This document shows positions 12,701 through 24,009 of a stretch of 64,000 bases of DNA, piece by piece (within the stretch, counting starts at the first letter, position 1; each line of letters starts with the position of its first letter). The notes under the pieces were generated by a model, which was not told the origin of the DNA, did no database searches, and saw only the letters and a program-made list of their open reading frames with translations. Source of the stretch: Mobula birostris (taxonomy: Eukaryota); NCBI RefSeq assembly GCF_030028105.1, contig NC_092390.1:13404346-13468345 (forward strand), read 5' to 3'. The translations under genes were made by a program, and so were the position numbers.

Positions 12701-12900
12701 TAATGCAATGTGTTCATTAGAGGGGCCTCACCAATGAACAAATTTCCTTTCTTGATCTACTCTTTGTCCAGCTACCTTCTTGCTTCAAATTCACATGCAA
12801 AATGACTTTGGAAACCTATCTGCCATGGACATTTCATGGCCCCTTTCAGCACTACTATTTTCTTGTTTAATTTCTTTCCCATCTCCTTTTTATTCTTCAC
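9740..12900 (-). mobile_element. Old CR1 LINE relic interrupted by a Tigger element
   Basis: Degenerate CR1 ORF2 motifs on both sides of 10401-11967 (e.g. ttgtcaaatacttttactaaagtccatga = reverse of MDFSKxFDK). Confidence 0.6.
10401..11967 (-). mobile_element. Internally deleted Tigger/pogo DNA transposon
   Basis: TA-flanked TIRs CAGGTTTCCCCCG / CGGGGGACACCTG. The minus strand has an N-terminal HTH remnant (VKLDIIKRFDRGERSKD) joined to the C-terminal remnant DVEEVLASHYQELTDEELMQLEE. Confidence 0.88.
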
Positions 12901-13949
12901 ATTGAAAAAATTAAATGTTTATAAAGGCTTTGAATAACAAAGGCATTAATAGTGCTTGAAGTAGTAAGTGACAATTGTCAGTTGTTTCCTCAGTGGTTTC
13001 TTGGCTTTTTCTCAATTACCCACATGATTAAATTAGGTTACACAAGGCCCTTCAACTATACACAGCCAAATTCACAATGATGTATAAACAAAGGATGTTG
13101 GATAGTTAATTAACAGGGACATTAAATACATTTGATATTTAACAAATCTGTAAATCTGCAAAGTCTTCTCAATTATCCAAGAATTAAGAAAAACAGAATG
13201 CCTGACTTTTAATTCCTGAACTATATTGACAACTGAAACATAAAAAAATGCTTTTGTACAGATAACATATTAAACAGCCTCCTGATGAAAAGTATCAATG
13301 TATAGATAAAATAGAAAGGTACAGTTTAACTATGATAATCTTCATGACTGAATACAGTACTTAGGAACATTTATACAGTATGCTCATATTGAAAAACTTT
13401 TTTATTTGGCAATGGACAAAAAGTTTAGAAACTGTGACAATTTAAAATCATTCTACCAACCCACATCTTCAGGGGAAAATGACTAAACGGGAAAGAAGAA
13501 AATAGGTGTTGCCTACATGAGTACAAAGCTTTAGACTTGAGATCTGATTGAAAGATAAAGCCTAGTCAAATTAACAATTGCGTTGAAAAGAACTGATTCT
13601 GCAAAGGTTGCAGAATTTGCACTGAAAATAACAATCATTCTGCAAAGGTTCAATAGGAAACCACAGTACTCCTCACTTATGGTGTATGGTCAACCCTCCT
13701 GTTCTAGTAATGAAATTAGTATGCACATCTGTGATTAGAGATTTCTGATATTCCTGACACTGAATGTAACCCCACTAATTACCTCCAGCACTGCAAAATA
13801 AATATTTGTTTTACTTATTGTTCAGCAAATAACTTTCAATCCATGTCAATATATTAGCCACTAATATCACACCTCAAGCTAACCTTTTCAGGGACTTCAT
13901 CAAAGGCTTTATGAACATCCAAGTATAAACACATCCATTGGTTTTCTTT

Positions 13950-14570
13950 TACCCATTTCAATTCACTTCCCATTCCCTCACTGACATATCTGTCCACAGC
14001 CTCCTCTACTACCACAATGAGGCTAGATGCAGACTGGAGGAGAAACACTTCTTATTCCGGCTTGGTAATCTCCAACCTGACAACATCAACACTGATTTCT
14101 CCAACTTCTGGTAACCCCTCATTTCCATCTTTCTAAACACTCCCCCCCCCCCCCCATTTACCCACATCCTAAAACTTCCTCACTTGTTCTCTTCCCCTCC
14201 CCACCCTCACAATCTGCTCACCGTTTCCCTCTGGTCACCCATCTCCTTCCCTTTATTCCATGACCTACTGTCCTCTCCAATCAGATTCTTTTTTTCTTCA
14301 GTCCTTTGCCTTTTCCACCTAATGCCAGAGTTTCTCATCATTCCTTATCATCGCGCCCTCCTCCACTTACCCATTACCTGCCAGCTTGTACAGCTCCTCC
14401 TCCCTTTTTATTCTGCTTCTGCCCTCTTCCCTTTCAGTTCTCATGAAAAGTCTCGGCCTGAAACATCAAATGTCATTTCCTTCCATAGATGCTGTCTGAC
14501 CTGCTGTTCCTCCATAATTTTGTGTACATTGCTCAAGATTTCCGGTATCTGCAGAATCGTTTGGGTCTTG
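13950..14570 (+). mobile_element. Penelope-like element 3' part
   Basis: GIY-YIG C-terminal remnant (HFNS...RLEEKHFLFRLGNLQPD), pyrimidine-rich UTR, degenerate hammerhead. Confidence 0.75.
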
Positions 14571-15189
14571 ACTCTGTCCTTATTTACTATCTTGTTACCT
14601 CATTCTATACAATAGCTTCTAGCATTTTCTCCATTACTGATGCCTGAGGTTTACAGTTTTCTCTCTCCCTCATTCTCATATAATGGCATTGCATTTCCTA
14701 CCAATCAGTGGTGTTTTATAATCTGCAGAATTTTGGGTAATGATAACCGATGCTGCTTGTGCTGTTCTGCTGAACATTGTGGGCATGCTGTGTTGGCACC
14801 AGAATGTGTGGTGACACTTGTAGACTGCCTCCAGCATATTATTGGGTGTGCTTGTTGTTAACACATGCAAAACATTTCACAATATGTTTCAATGTATGAG
14901 TAATAAATCTGAATCTACTACTATCACAGCTACCTTCTTTAGGATGCAAAAATTATCAGGCCCTGCAGTTTTATTGCCTCTTGGTGCCATTAATCTAGCA
15001 TTATTTACTAAGTTTTAATTTCCTCTGGTTCCTTGCCATTAGGCTCTCAATTCCCTTACATTACAAGAAAATTACTTCTGCTCTGTGAAACTAGAATCAA
15101 AGTATTTGCTTAATTGCTTTGTTGCCCATTTCTGACTCAACAGAACCTACACTTGAATTTACCAATCATTTCCTTATTTGTCAAAACTT

Positions 15190-15790
15190 CTACAGTCCAC
15201 CTAATATCTCTACAAGAAGGGTCAGAGCCGTCTCTATTTCCTGAGGAGACTGAGGTCCTTTAACATCTGCCGGTCGATGCTGAGGATGTTCTACGAGTTT
15301 GTGGTGGCCAGTGCTATCACGTTTGCTGTTGTGTGCTGGGGCAGCAGGCTGAGGGTAGCAGACACCAACAGAATCAACAAACTCATTCGTAAGGCCAGTG
15401 ATGTTGTGGGGATGGAACTGGACTCTCTCACGGTCGTGTCTGAAAAGAGGATGCTGTCTAAGTTGCATGCCATCTTGGTCAATGTCTCCCATCCACTACA
15501 TAATGTACTGGGTGGGCGCAGATGTACATTCAGCCAGAGACTCATTCCTCCAAAATGCAACACAGAGCGTCATAGGAAGTCATTCCTGCCTGTGGCCATC
15601 AAACTTTACAACTCCTCCCTTGGAGGGTCAGACACCCTGAGCCAATAGGCTGGTCCTGGACTTATTTCATAATTTAATGGCATAATTTACATATTACTAT
15701 TTAACTATCTATGGTTCTATTACTATTTATGGTGCAACTGTAACGAAAACCAATTTCCCGCTGGGATCAATAAAGTATGCCTATGACTAA
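15190..15790 (+). mobile_element. Rex1/Babar LINE 3' end, little diverged
   Basis: Open C-terminal ORF MLRMFYEFVVASAITFAVVCWG...RHRKSFLPVAIKLYN, followed by an AATAAA and short-repeat tail. Confidence 0.8.
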
Positions 15791-16189
15791 ACATTTACTC
15801 TCCTACTCTAGTTTTGTTCTCCTTTGTCTTTATTTGAGAAACCTCCCCTGCTCCCAACTCAAGTTTTCCGCCAGTTGTGACAATCCTATATAGACTCTTA
15901 TTTGAATCAAATATCAACATTAACTTATTTTGTTAGTCTCAGTCAAATCATTTTCCATTTTTATGTCAGCTGGGAATGGATACCTTCACAAGGCAAGTAT
16001 GTGGCTGTTCATCATCTATCCATCACCAAGTCTTTAAACCCCAGTCTAGCATAATCAATTCAAAACTCACGTCTTCAAAAATGTTATTATGTTTAGAGTT
16101 TGCATACTAGCTTTATATTTAACTACTTCACCTTCTTTCAAAGCTGTCAAGGGAAAAAGGAGGACTGTTCGGATACTTGTGACAAACCA

Positions 16190-16410
16190 GAGCTTCCCAC
16201 CGCTGTCTGTACGTTCTCCCTGTGACAGCATAGGTTTCCTCCAGGTGTTCCAGTTTCCTCCCACAGTCCAAATATGCATCGGTTGATATGTATTGATCAT
16301 TGTAAGCTGTCCCATGATTAGGCTAGGGTTAAATCGGGGTTGCTAGGCAGCATGGTTCGAAGGGCTAGAAGGGATTATTCCGTACTGTATCTCAATAAGT
16401 AAATAAATTT
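16190..16410 (+). mobile_element. V-SINE with CR1-type tail
   Basis: V-domain core GGTTTCCTCCAGGTGTTCCAGTTTCCTCCCAC; tail gaagggattattccgtactgtatctc-(aaat)n. Confidence 0.7.
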
Positions 16411-16639
16411 AAATCATTTTTAACCTGCTCTCCACTATACTCCCATTACATTGCTTACATAGACAAGTCAAAGTAATTCAGAAGTAAATTTATCCTGGAA
16501 AAAAAACTAGACATTTTCCATTTGTATACATTAAATACTACACTCTCTTTATCGCCCCTTTACAAGCTTTACAAGGTGCATTAGATTAAAAAACAGGATA
16601 TTTCTGTCACCATCCTACTTCCCACCAATATAATTGGAT

Positions 16640-16770
16640 AACATGAGAAAATCTGCAGAAGCTGGAAATCCAAAGCAACAACACAAAATGTTGGAGGAAC
16701 TGAGCAGGTCAGGCAGCATCTATGGAAAAAGAGTAAACAGTCGACGTTTCGGGACCCTTCTTCAGGACTT
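16640..16770 (-). mobile_element. Short PLE 3'-end fragment
   Basis: Same terminus (atctgcaga.gctggaaatcc..agcaacacacaaaatg) as the GIY-YIG-bearing PLE copies. Confidence 0.8.
16739..16769 (-). ncRNA. Shortened hammerhead motif in a PLE 3'-end fragment (sense to LCOR intron)
   Basis: agtc-CUGAAGA-A-GGGUCCC-GAAA-C-GUC^gacu: core intact, 5 nt of the helix II loop deleted. Confidence 0.55.
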
Positions 16771-17220
16771 CGTTAGTTAGCTCGAAGAATACGAGGCAAG
16801 GTTTAGAGTAGATAAAGCGTGGGTAAATCAGAAATCGCATTAAACTCCTTTCACGATCCCCACCACCAAAACATAACACAAGAGCAACAAGAGTACAGCC
16901 TCAGAAGAAAAATGATTATTGCAAATATCCATCACAGAAATCGCTTCCAGGTTAAAAAAAACAACCTTAAATGTGTCACAATACCATCACAACATCGCAT
17001 TGCATGTTACGATGCCTCATCTGAAATCTGCAGCAGTTTCCACAGGGCAAGTATACGCGCACCATTTCCTTTCAAAGGCAGTAAGAGAAGGGGAAGGGAA
17101 TGGGAAAGAAACAAACGCCAATGCCAAAGGCTGCAAAAATAAAGCCAACGGGCAAGGTACACAGTGGGGGCAGGAAAGAAAGGAAGGTGATGATTAGAAG
17201 GGGGAAGGGACAGGGAGACA

Positions 17221-17270
17221 GACTACAATTCCCATGATGCCCGGTGAAACACCATATCACTGCGCACGCG
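17221..17270 (+). promoter_or_regulatory. ZNF143/Staf-type motif plus NRF1-like motif in LCOR intron
   Basis: GACTACAATTCCCATGATGC (17221-17240) matches the ACTACAnnTCCCA consensus; TGCGCACGCG at 17261-17270. Confidence 0.6.
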
Positions 17271-17693
17271 CGACGGCCTGATGCTTCGGATCTCCACTCC
17301 GCGCACTGCCTCTCCCCTTTATATTTTTTAAAAAACTAATGGCTTACTTCACAAAACGGACGAAAAGTAAACGGTTGAAACAGGGAGCAGGGTGAGAAAA
17401 GAGCTAAAATCTAAACGGAACAGTCTTGAGAAAAAAGAGGAATATCTCCAACTGAAGAATACCGATAAACCTGAGGTAAAATATTAATTTAACCAAACGG
17501 TGATTAATAATATCGGGCGAGGAAGAGAATGTTTGTATTTTGTGATGACGGTCAGCATATTTGAGCAATTTATTTTGGGACACGGGCACTTAAGTATAAA
17601 CTGTCGATGGAGAGGTGGTCGGGGGGAGAGGAGTTCTGCTCCTTTTAACCGTACCCTTCTCGATTCCCGGGAAGGAGAGTAAGTAAGGCTTAC

Positions 17694-17790
17694 CTACACA
17701 GCGGATAACTTTGTGCCTCCAAGTGTCAAGCTCCTGTCGAAAGCCAAGCCTTTCCTTCGAACAGTGTTGACCGTGACACGGGCTGGCCAT
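17694..17790 (-). CDS. LCOR: LCOR (ligand-dependent nuclear receptor corepressor), first coding exon of the N-terminally extended form
   Basis: The ATG at 17790 gives MASPCHGQHCSKERLGFRQELDTWRHKVIRCV-G and ends at a phase-1 donor G|GTAAGC (GT 17693-17692). This matches the recalled LCOR/LCORL N-terminus (ERxGFRxELDxWRHxxIxCVG). The MASPC start and proximity to EXOSC1 favour LCOR over LCORL. It lies in a CpG island. Confidence 0.85.
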
Positions 17791-18003
17791 GTTCTAACGG
17801 GGTTGTGTTTGGGGTAAGAAGTGGGTTGGGGGAGGGGGTTAAACTGTTCCATAAGCATCCAACCCCTCTCCTCCTCCTCCTCCTCCACCACCACCACCAC
17901 CTCTACCGTCGCCGTCGTCATCAACGACAACAACACGGTGACGGCAGCCGTAGGAAGGAGGCGGGGCGATGGGGCGACGGGTCGGACGTGCGCGCACCCA
18001 TAC

Positions 18004-18110
18004 CTGCCTGGGTGCCCGAGTGCGCAGTCTCGCTCCGAATTGGCTGATGTGGGTTTAAGGAGAGCAACTGTGCACGCCCACACGCGCGCCCTCTAGTCCC
18101 CGAGTCGGCA
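18004..18110 (-). other. LCOR: Putative non-coding first exon of LCOR (intron 17794-18003)
   Basis: Donor CAG|GTATGG at 18003, and a candidate acceptor ...ccccgttag|aacATG 3 nt before the start codon. The 5' boundary is a guess. Confidence 0.4.
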
Positions 18111-18219
18111 TGACGTAAACACGCAGCGTGGGTCACCTGGATTAAAGAGGTAGGAAGTGAGGATGGGAGCAGGAGTGTGGGGTCTTGTTGGGCTGATGGT
18201 ATGGCCACCAATGGTCCTC

Positions 18220-19060
18220 TGTTATAGAAAAGTACGGCACAGAAATAGGCCCTTTGGCTCATCCAGTTCATGCCGTACCATTTAAACTGCCTAGTTCCAT
18301 CTACCGGTACCCTCTATACCTCTCCATCCATTAACTTATCTTATATATAGGCATCTGGTAGTCTCATGAAACCATGAACTTGGAAGGTTTCCAGGCCACA
18401 GGCCTGGGTAAGGTTGTATGGAAGACTGGCAGTTGCCCATGCTGCAAGTCTCCCCTCTCCACACTTCCAATGTCGCAGAGTAATTTGTGGTTAAGTGCCT
18501 TGCTCAAGGACACAACACACTGCCTCAGCTGAGGCTCGAACTAGTGACCTTAAGATCACTAGACCGACACCTTCACCACTTGGCCACGTGCAAGCTTTTG
18601 TTCAACATCAAAATTGAGCTGGTATTCACCTCTTGTATCTTGTCTCCCACTCTCATGGCCCTCTGAGTGAAGGTGTTTCCTCTCATGTTCCCCTTAAGCT
18701 TTTCACCTTTCACTCATGATCTCTAGTTGTCCCACCCAACCTCGGTGGAAAAAGTTTGCTTAAATTTACCCTGTCTATACCACTCATCATTTTGTGTACC
18801 TCTATCAAATCTCCCCTCAATTTTCTACATTCCAAGCAAAGAAATGCTAACCTATTCAATCTTTCCTTAGAACGCAGGTCCTCTAGTCCTGGCAACATAC
18901 TTGTAAACTTTCTCTGTACTCTTTCAACCTTGTTTACATCTTTCCTGTAGGTAGGTGATCAATACTCCAAATTAGGCTTCACCAACATCTTGTACAATTT
19001 CAACATAACATTCCATCTCCTGTAGTCAATATGTTTGTTGATTTATGAAGGCCAATGTGC
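18220..19060 (-). mobile_element. CR1 3' fragment with a nested RTE-derived short element (about 18350-18590)
   Basis: LRGDLIEVHKMMSGIDRV motif. The insert is reverse-complementary to the element at 20095-20340. Confidence 0.75.
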
Positions 19061-19089
19061 CCTCTCCTATCAGATTCCTTCCTCATCAG

Positions 19090-19314
19090 TGTTTTGTTTT
19101 GAAAATTCTAAAAAAAAATTGAAAGGAAATCAAAGGAGTCAGGACATAACTCGTGCATGAAAATTTTTTTTACTGTAGCAAAGTGTACACATACGACATG
19201 GTGGCATGATGACATGCCATTTATATATAACCCATAATTAAATGAACAAGCATGCTGAATCAAATGATATATTTACAATATTACTTAAAATATGACTGAA
19301 ATATTAAATACTCA
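19090..19314. mobile_element. Solo LTR (Gypsy-like) inserted in a PLE fragment
   Basis: TG...CA termini with 4-bp TSD TCAG (19086-89 / 19315-18). The flanks rejoin into the PLE UTR sequence. Confidence 0.65.
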
Positions 19315-20094
19315 TCAGCCCTTTACTTCTTACAACTCACTTCCACCCCCTCCCCACCCACTTTCCTCTCACCAGGTCTCACCTATCACCTCCTCCCACC
19401 TTATTCTGCCCTTTACTCCCATCCTTTCCGGTGCTGATGTAGGGCCTAAAGCATTGGTTATTTCTTCCTCTCCATAGTTGCTGCCCGACCTATGAGCTTT
19501 CTGACATTTGGCATGTGCTGCATCTGTGGTGCTATGGTTTCGTCTAGGATGATCTAGAAACTGTAGTTGGAGGTGTGCAGATACCTAAGAGGGTTACTGG
19601 ACTGGGTGGAATTGTCATGTGTACTGGGATTCAGTGGAAAATCTTGTCTTGCATACTGTTCAAACAGATCAAGTGATTACATTGAGGTAGGACAAAGTAA
19701 AACAATAACAAAATGCAGAAATATGAAACAGGGACACCTCTTTTTCCCTTATTAAGGAGAGAGAGTGAGGGCCTGTGGTATGTCGAATTATCGGGTGAAC
19801 GAGTAGTCTTTGGTGTACTGCAAGTCTGTGTTTTTATTGATGTTTTGCTGCACACTTGCATGCTCGGTGGGGCCTGCCAATGTTTTTTTTGCTGGTGGGG
19901 AGGGGGGATTATTTATTTGCTGCTGCTCATGCGTGGGGGGGGAGCTGGGGGGGGCTTTGGGGTTCTAACATTTAACTGTCATTCATTCTTTGGGCACTCC
20001 TCTGTTTTTGTGGATGGCTGCGATGAAAAAGAATTTTAGGATGTATATTGTATACATTTTCCTGACATTAAATGTATCTATAGAGTGTTCAAAA

Positions 20095-20340
20095 CATTGC
20101 CTGAGGCAGCGTGTTGTGTCTTTGAGCAAGGCACTTAACCACACAGTGCTCTGCGACAACACCGGTGCCAAGCTGTATCGGCCCTACTGCCCTTCCCTTG
20201 GACAACATCGGTGGCATGGAGAGGGGAGACTTGCAGCATGGGCAACTGTCGGTCTTCCATACAACTTTGCCCAGGCCTGTGCCCTGGAAACCTTCCAAGG
20301 CGCAAATCCATGGTCTCACGAGACTAACGGATGCCTGTGA
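20095..20340 (+). mobile_element. RTE-derived non-autonomous element
   Basis: Shares gaggggagacttgcagcatgggcaac...atccatggt with the copies at 18350-18590 and 28445-28830. Confidence 0.5.
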
Positions 20341-21659
20341 ATACAGAGTACAGCTACAGAGAAAGTGTGGTGCAGGTAAACAATAAGGATCAAGATCATA
20401 AAGAAATAGATTGCAATGTCAAAAGTCCATCTTATCATACTGGTGAACCATTTAATAGTCTTATAACAGCAGGGTATATATGGTCTTTGAGCTTGGTGAT
20501 ACTTGCTTTCAAACTTTTATATCTTCTGCCCGATGTAAGGGAAAGAAAAGAGAATGCCCAAGGCTACAGAGTTGGGTCAAGCTGAGACTGTCAAGGGATA
20601 AGAGTTTTAAAATCAACTTGTTCCTTTAAGGACCTTCAGATTTCACATTAGTTTATTGTCATATACTAAGAAATATTTGCCTTCTTCCCGTTAACAACCA
20701 TTGGGATACAGAAGCATGAAGACGGACACTCAATGATTCAAGAGCAACTTCTTCAGGTTTCTGAATGGTCCACAAACTCATGAACACTACCTTGCTCCTT
20801 TTTTAACACTATATTTTTTTTATTTTGAAATTTATGTCTTTGCACTGTAATGCTGACGCAAAACAACAAATTTCATGTCATAAGACAGTGATGATAAACC
20901 TGATTCTGATTCTGGCAAGATCATGGCTGATTGGCAATCGGTTTATTATTGTCCATGCTTTGAGATACAGTGAAAAACTTCTTTTTGAATGCCATCCAAT
21001 CACATCATCACATCAGTGCATTCGGGTAGTTCAAGGAAAACAATAACAGGATGTAGAATAAAGTGATACAGTGCAGAGGAAGTGTAGTGCAGGCAGACAC
21101 TAAGTTCAAGGCCATAATGAGGTAGGTGATGGGGCCACAAGTCCATTGTATTGTACTAGGGGACCGTTCAATAGCAATTGTATTGATTCTCCAGGAAATC
21201 AGCAGATTGAGCAGTATTGGAATTGGTTTATTATTGCCACATATACTCATATACAGTTAAAAACTTGTCTTGCATACTGTTCATACAGATCAAATCATTA
21301 CACAGTGCTTTGAGCTAGAATAAGATAAAACAGTAATCATGCAGAATAAAGTGTAAAAGCTACCAGAAAAAGTGCAATGTAGTTAAATGATAAAGTGCAA
21401 GATCATAACAAGGTAGATGTTAAGGCAAAGAGTCCATTCAAGAGGTCTTCAAAAGTCTGATAATAGTAGGATAGAAGTTGTTCTTGTGCTTGATGGTATG
21501 TGCTTTCAGCTTCTGGAGAATGGAAGATCACCAGACTTGTAAGAAGATTTAAAAGTAATATTTAAAGATGGAGAATTTAGACTTTAAATGAGTAGAACGA
21601 TTGCGATACAAGTAATGAGAGGATCTGCAGGGAGCAGCTTGCAACGAGTTGCCGAGCTC

Positions 21660-21677
21660 CAGCGCCATCTGTGGGCG
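21660..21677 (-). promoter_or_regulatory. Candidate CTCF site
   Basis: The minus strand reads CCCACAGATGGCGCTG, close to the CCASYAGRKGGCRS core, in non-repeat sequence between the two divergent promoters. Confidence 0.45.
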
Positions 21678-24009
21678 GAAAGGAATTGTCGATGTTTTGA
21701 AACCCTGCCCTGATGTTGAGCTCGACTGCTGCCTATTTTTTTTGAAAAGGTGTCCTCAGGACCTCACTGATGACTCGTTATCACAGGTGTGTGTCTTCAT
21801 GGCTAATTCTCCCCATATCCCTTATTGCTACCATCAGGGAGGGGGTACACAAGCCTGAAGCTGCACACCCAGTGTTTTAGGAACAGCTTCTTCACTCCAC
21901 TATTGGATTTCTGTATGGTCCACAAATCCATGAACACTCCTCACTTTAAAAAATATTTCTTATTGTAACTTATTGTGATTTTTTAAATATGTATTTCACT
22001 ATACTGTGCCACAAAATAACAAATTTCACGACGTAAGTACTATGCAAAAGTCTAACTATAAATGTCACTAAGATTTTTGCATACTAATGTATGACAATGA
22101 TTTTTTTTAATCCTCGATCTGATTCCCTTTTTTACAAAAATCTGTTAATTTCTATTTTGAATGTAATTAAGGACCATACATCCTTGACTGTCTGCATAGA
22201 ATTGCATTGGGTAAATGAAAGAAAAAATTTTGTCTGAGTCCTACAGTTGACTGAGACTATTCCCCCAAGTTCCAGATTCTCCAACCTGACAGTCATAGTG
22301 TCATGGAGCACTGTGGCTCAGAAACAGGCCCCTTGGCCTGTCTAGTGCATACCGAATGTTATTTTGCCTAGTCCCATCAACCCGTACCTGGGCCATAGCT
22401 CTATGTACCCTCCCATCCATGTACTTATCCAAATTTCTTTGTTGAAGTCTTTAAGCATTAACCTCCAAAGCCCTCTCAAAATCATGTACATCACAATAAG
22501 ATTGCTTCTCATACCTCTTCAAATTCGAGTTTGAAGTTCATTGTCATTCAATCATACACCTTAACAAAAAAGTCGTTCCTCTGAGGCCAAGGTGCAAAAC
22601 ACAGTACATACAGTCTGACACAGTACATATAGTTATCATCCAGCACATACAGTCACAAAATTAGCACTAATCTGAGTGGCATGGCCTGAAAATTGGCAGC
22701 ATAAAGTGCAAGCTGCATGTTTATGTAAGACAATATAATATTATTGACAGAAGCTCAAAGAGACTGTGGGAAAGATAGGAGGGGTCTTTGACAATGCGGG
22801 AGACAATGCTTAGGCGGCGATTCTGAAATATGCCCTAACGGGGGTGGGAGAGCAAGAACTTGACGTTGATGATCTTTTCAGTGAAATGTATCATTTGTAT
22901 TAGCAACCAGCACATCTAAGGGTGTGCTGGGCGAAGCCTACGGGTGACGTCACACGTACTGGCACAATCATAGAATATCCGCAATGCTTAGAAGAACTAC
23001 ACAAAACACAAGCAACAAAACAAGCCCATTCCTCCCTCCCATCCATGCACATACACAGTTCTATAACCCCAAGACAGTCGTTTTCTTAGGTCTCCAGCCT
23101 CCAGCAGTCTCAGGTTCAGTCTTGTACACACAGTTGTTAGACCTTTGACTACCCCAGCAGACACGCAGAGATTTGCAGAACTGGGGCTCTGGCCACTGGG
23201 CTTCAATTTACAGAGATCGCAGCTCATTGCCTTTTTCAGGATCATGCTCTGCTAATACAGATTAATCTTAATCTGTCCTCTTAAATCAATATACTTGACC
23301 CAGGAATGAACTTGGATAATCTGTCCTGCCTCCAAGGCAAATATATCCTTACCATCTTACCTTCATATTTACTCTAAAACGGCCAAAATAAGTGCTTTCT
23401 GTAACCAGTATAGTGTGTGTCAGTAATGCAGCCACAAACTAAGCTCTCCAGTGGTAGAATATTCCTACAACTGCACGACGGTCATCCAGTCAATCCCACT
23501 AGTCTCCCTGGTGCTTGTCTGTATGCGTGGGCTGAATGTAGGTTGGGTGCTCATAACCTGTAAAGGACTTGTTTCATGTACTTGTGCACATGACAGTAAA
23601 CTCAACTTTGACTTTGGGATTTGGCATCGACAATTTTGCCCTAAATTGTAATCTGCTGTTTGTCATTTGTTCCAAACGCAAACTTGAGAAAGGTTGTCAA
23701 ACATTCTTGCTTCATGCCCTCAATGACAACTTCAGGTCACAAAAGGCCTGTATAATAATTTAAGCTGCTCAGCAGATGTATTTTGCACATGTTCACGAGT
23801 GAAGTTCATGCCCTGTGTGTCTTTGGATGTGATTTGGAGGGCAACTCTTAAGCCACTGGAAGAGACTGTTGAGGACGACCCTGGTGCTGACTTCCCATGT
23901 GGTTGACTCCAGAAGCACTGCTCTTGTTACCTCGGTGAAATTTGTCTCCCACCTTGTAGGTCATTATGACAGCATTTTTGTTCAGATGTGAAAAATGAAG
24001 TTGCAATTT

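Larger units (their letters stand above)
17200..18130. promoter_or_regulatory. LCOR CpG-island promoter region
   Basis: Local CpG/GC enrichment, CCAAT box (attggctga about 18040), CRE-like TGACGTAA (18111-18118), and (GGA)n/(GGT)n tracts at about 17868-17902. Confidence 0.75.

Noticed and set aside
13596-13631. Short direct repeat ATTCTGCAAAGGTT x2
   Set aside because: Only two units; no array or function evident.
17694-18271. ORFs of 80-129 aa with poly-E/V/H/S/T runs
   Set aside because: By-products of the GC-rich island and (GGA)n/(GGT)n repeats; no homology recognised.
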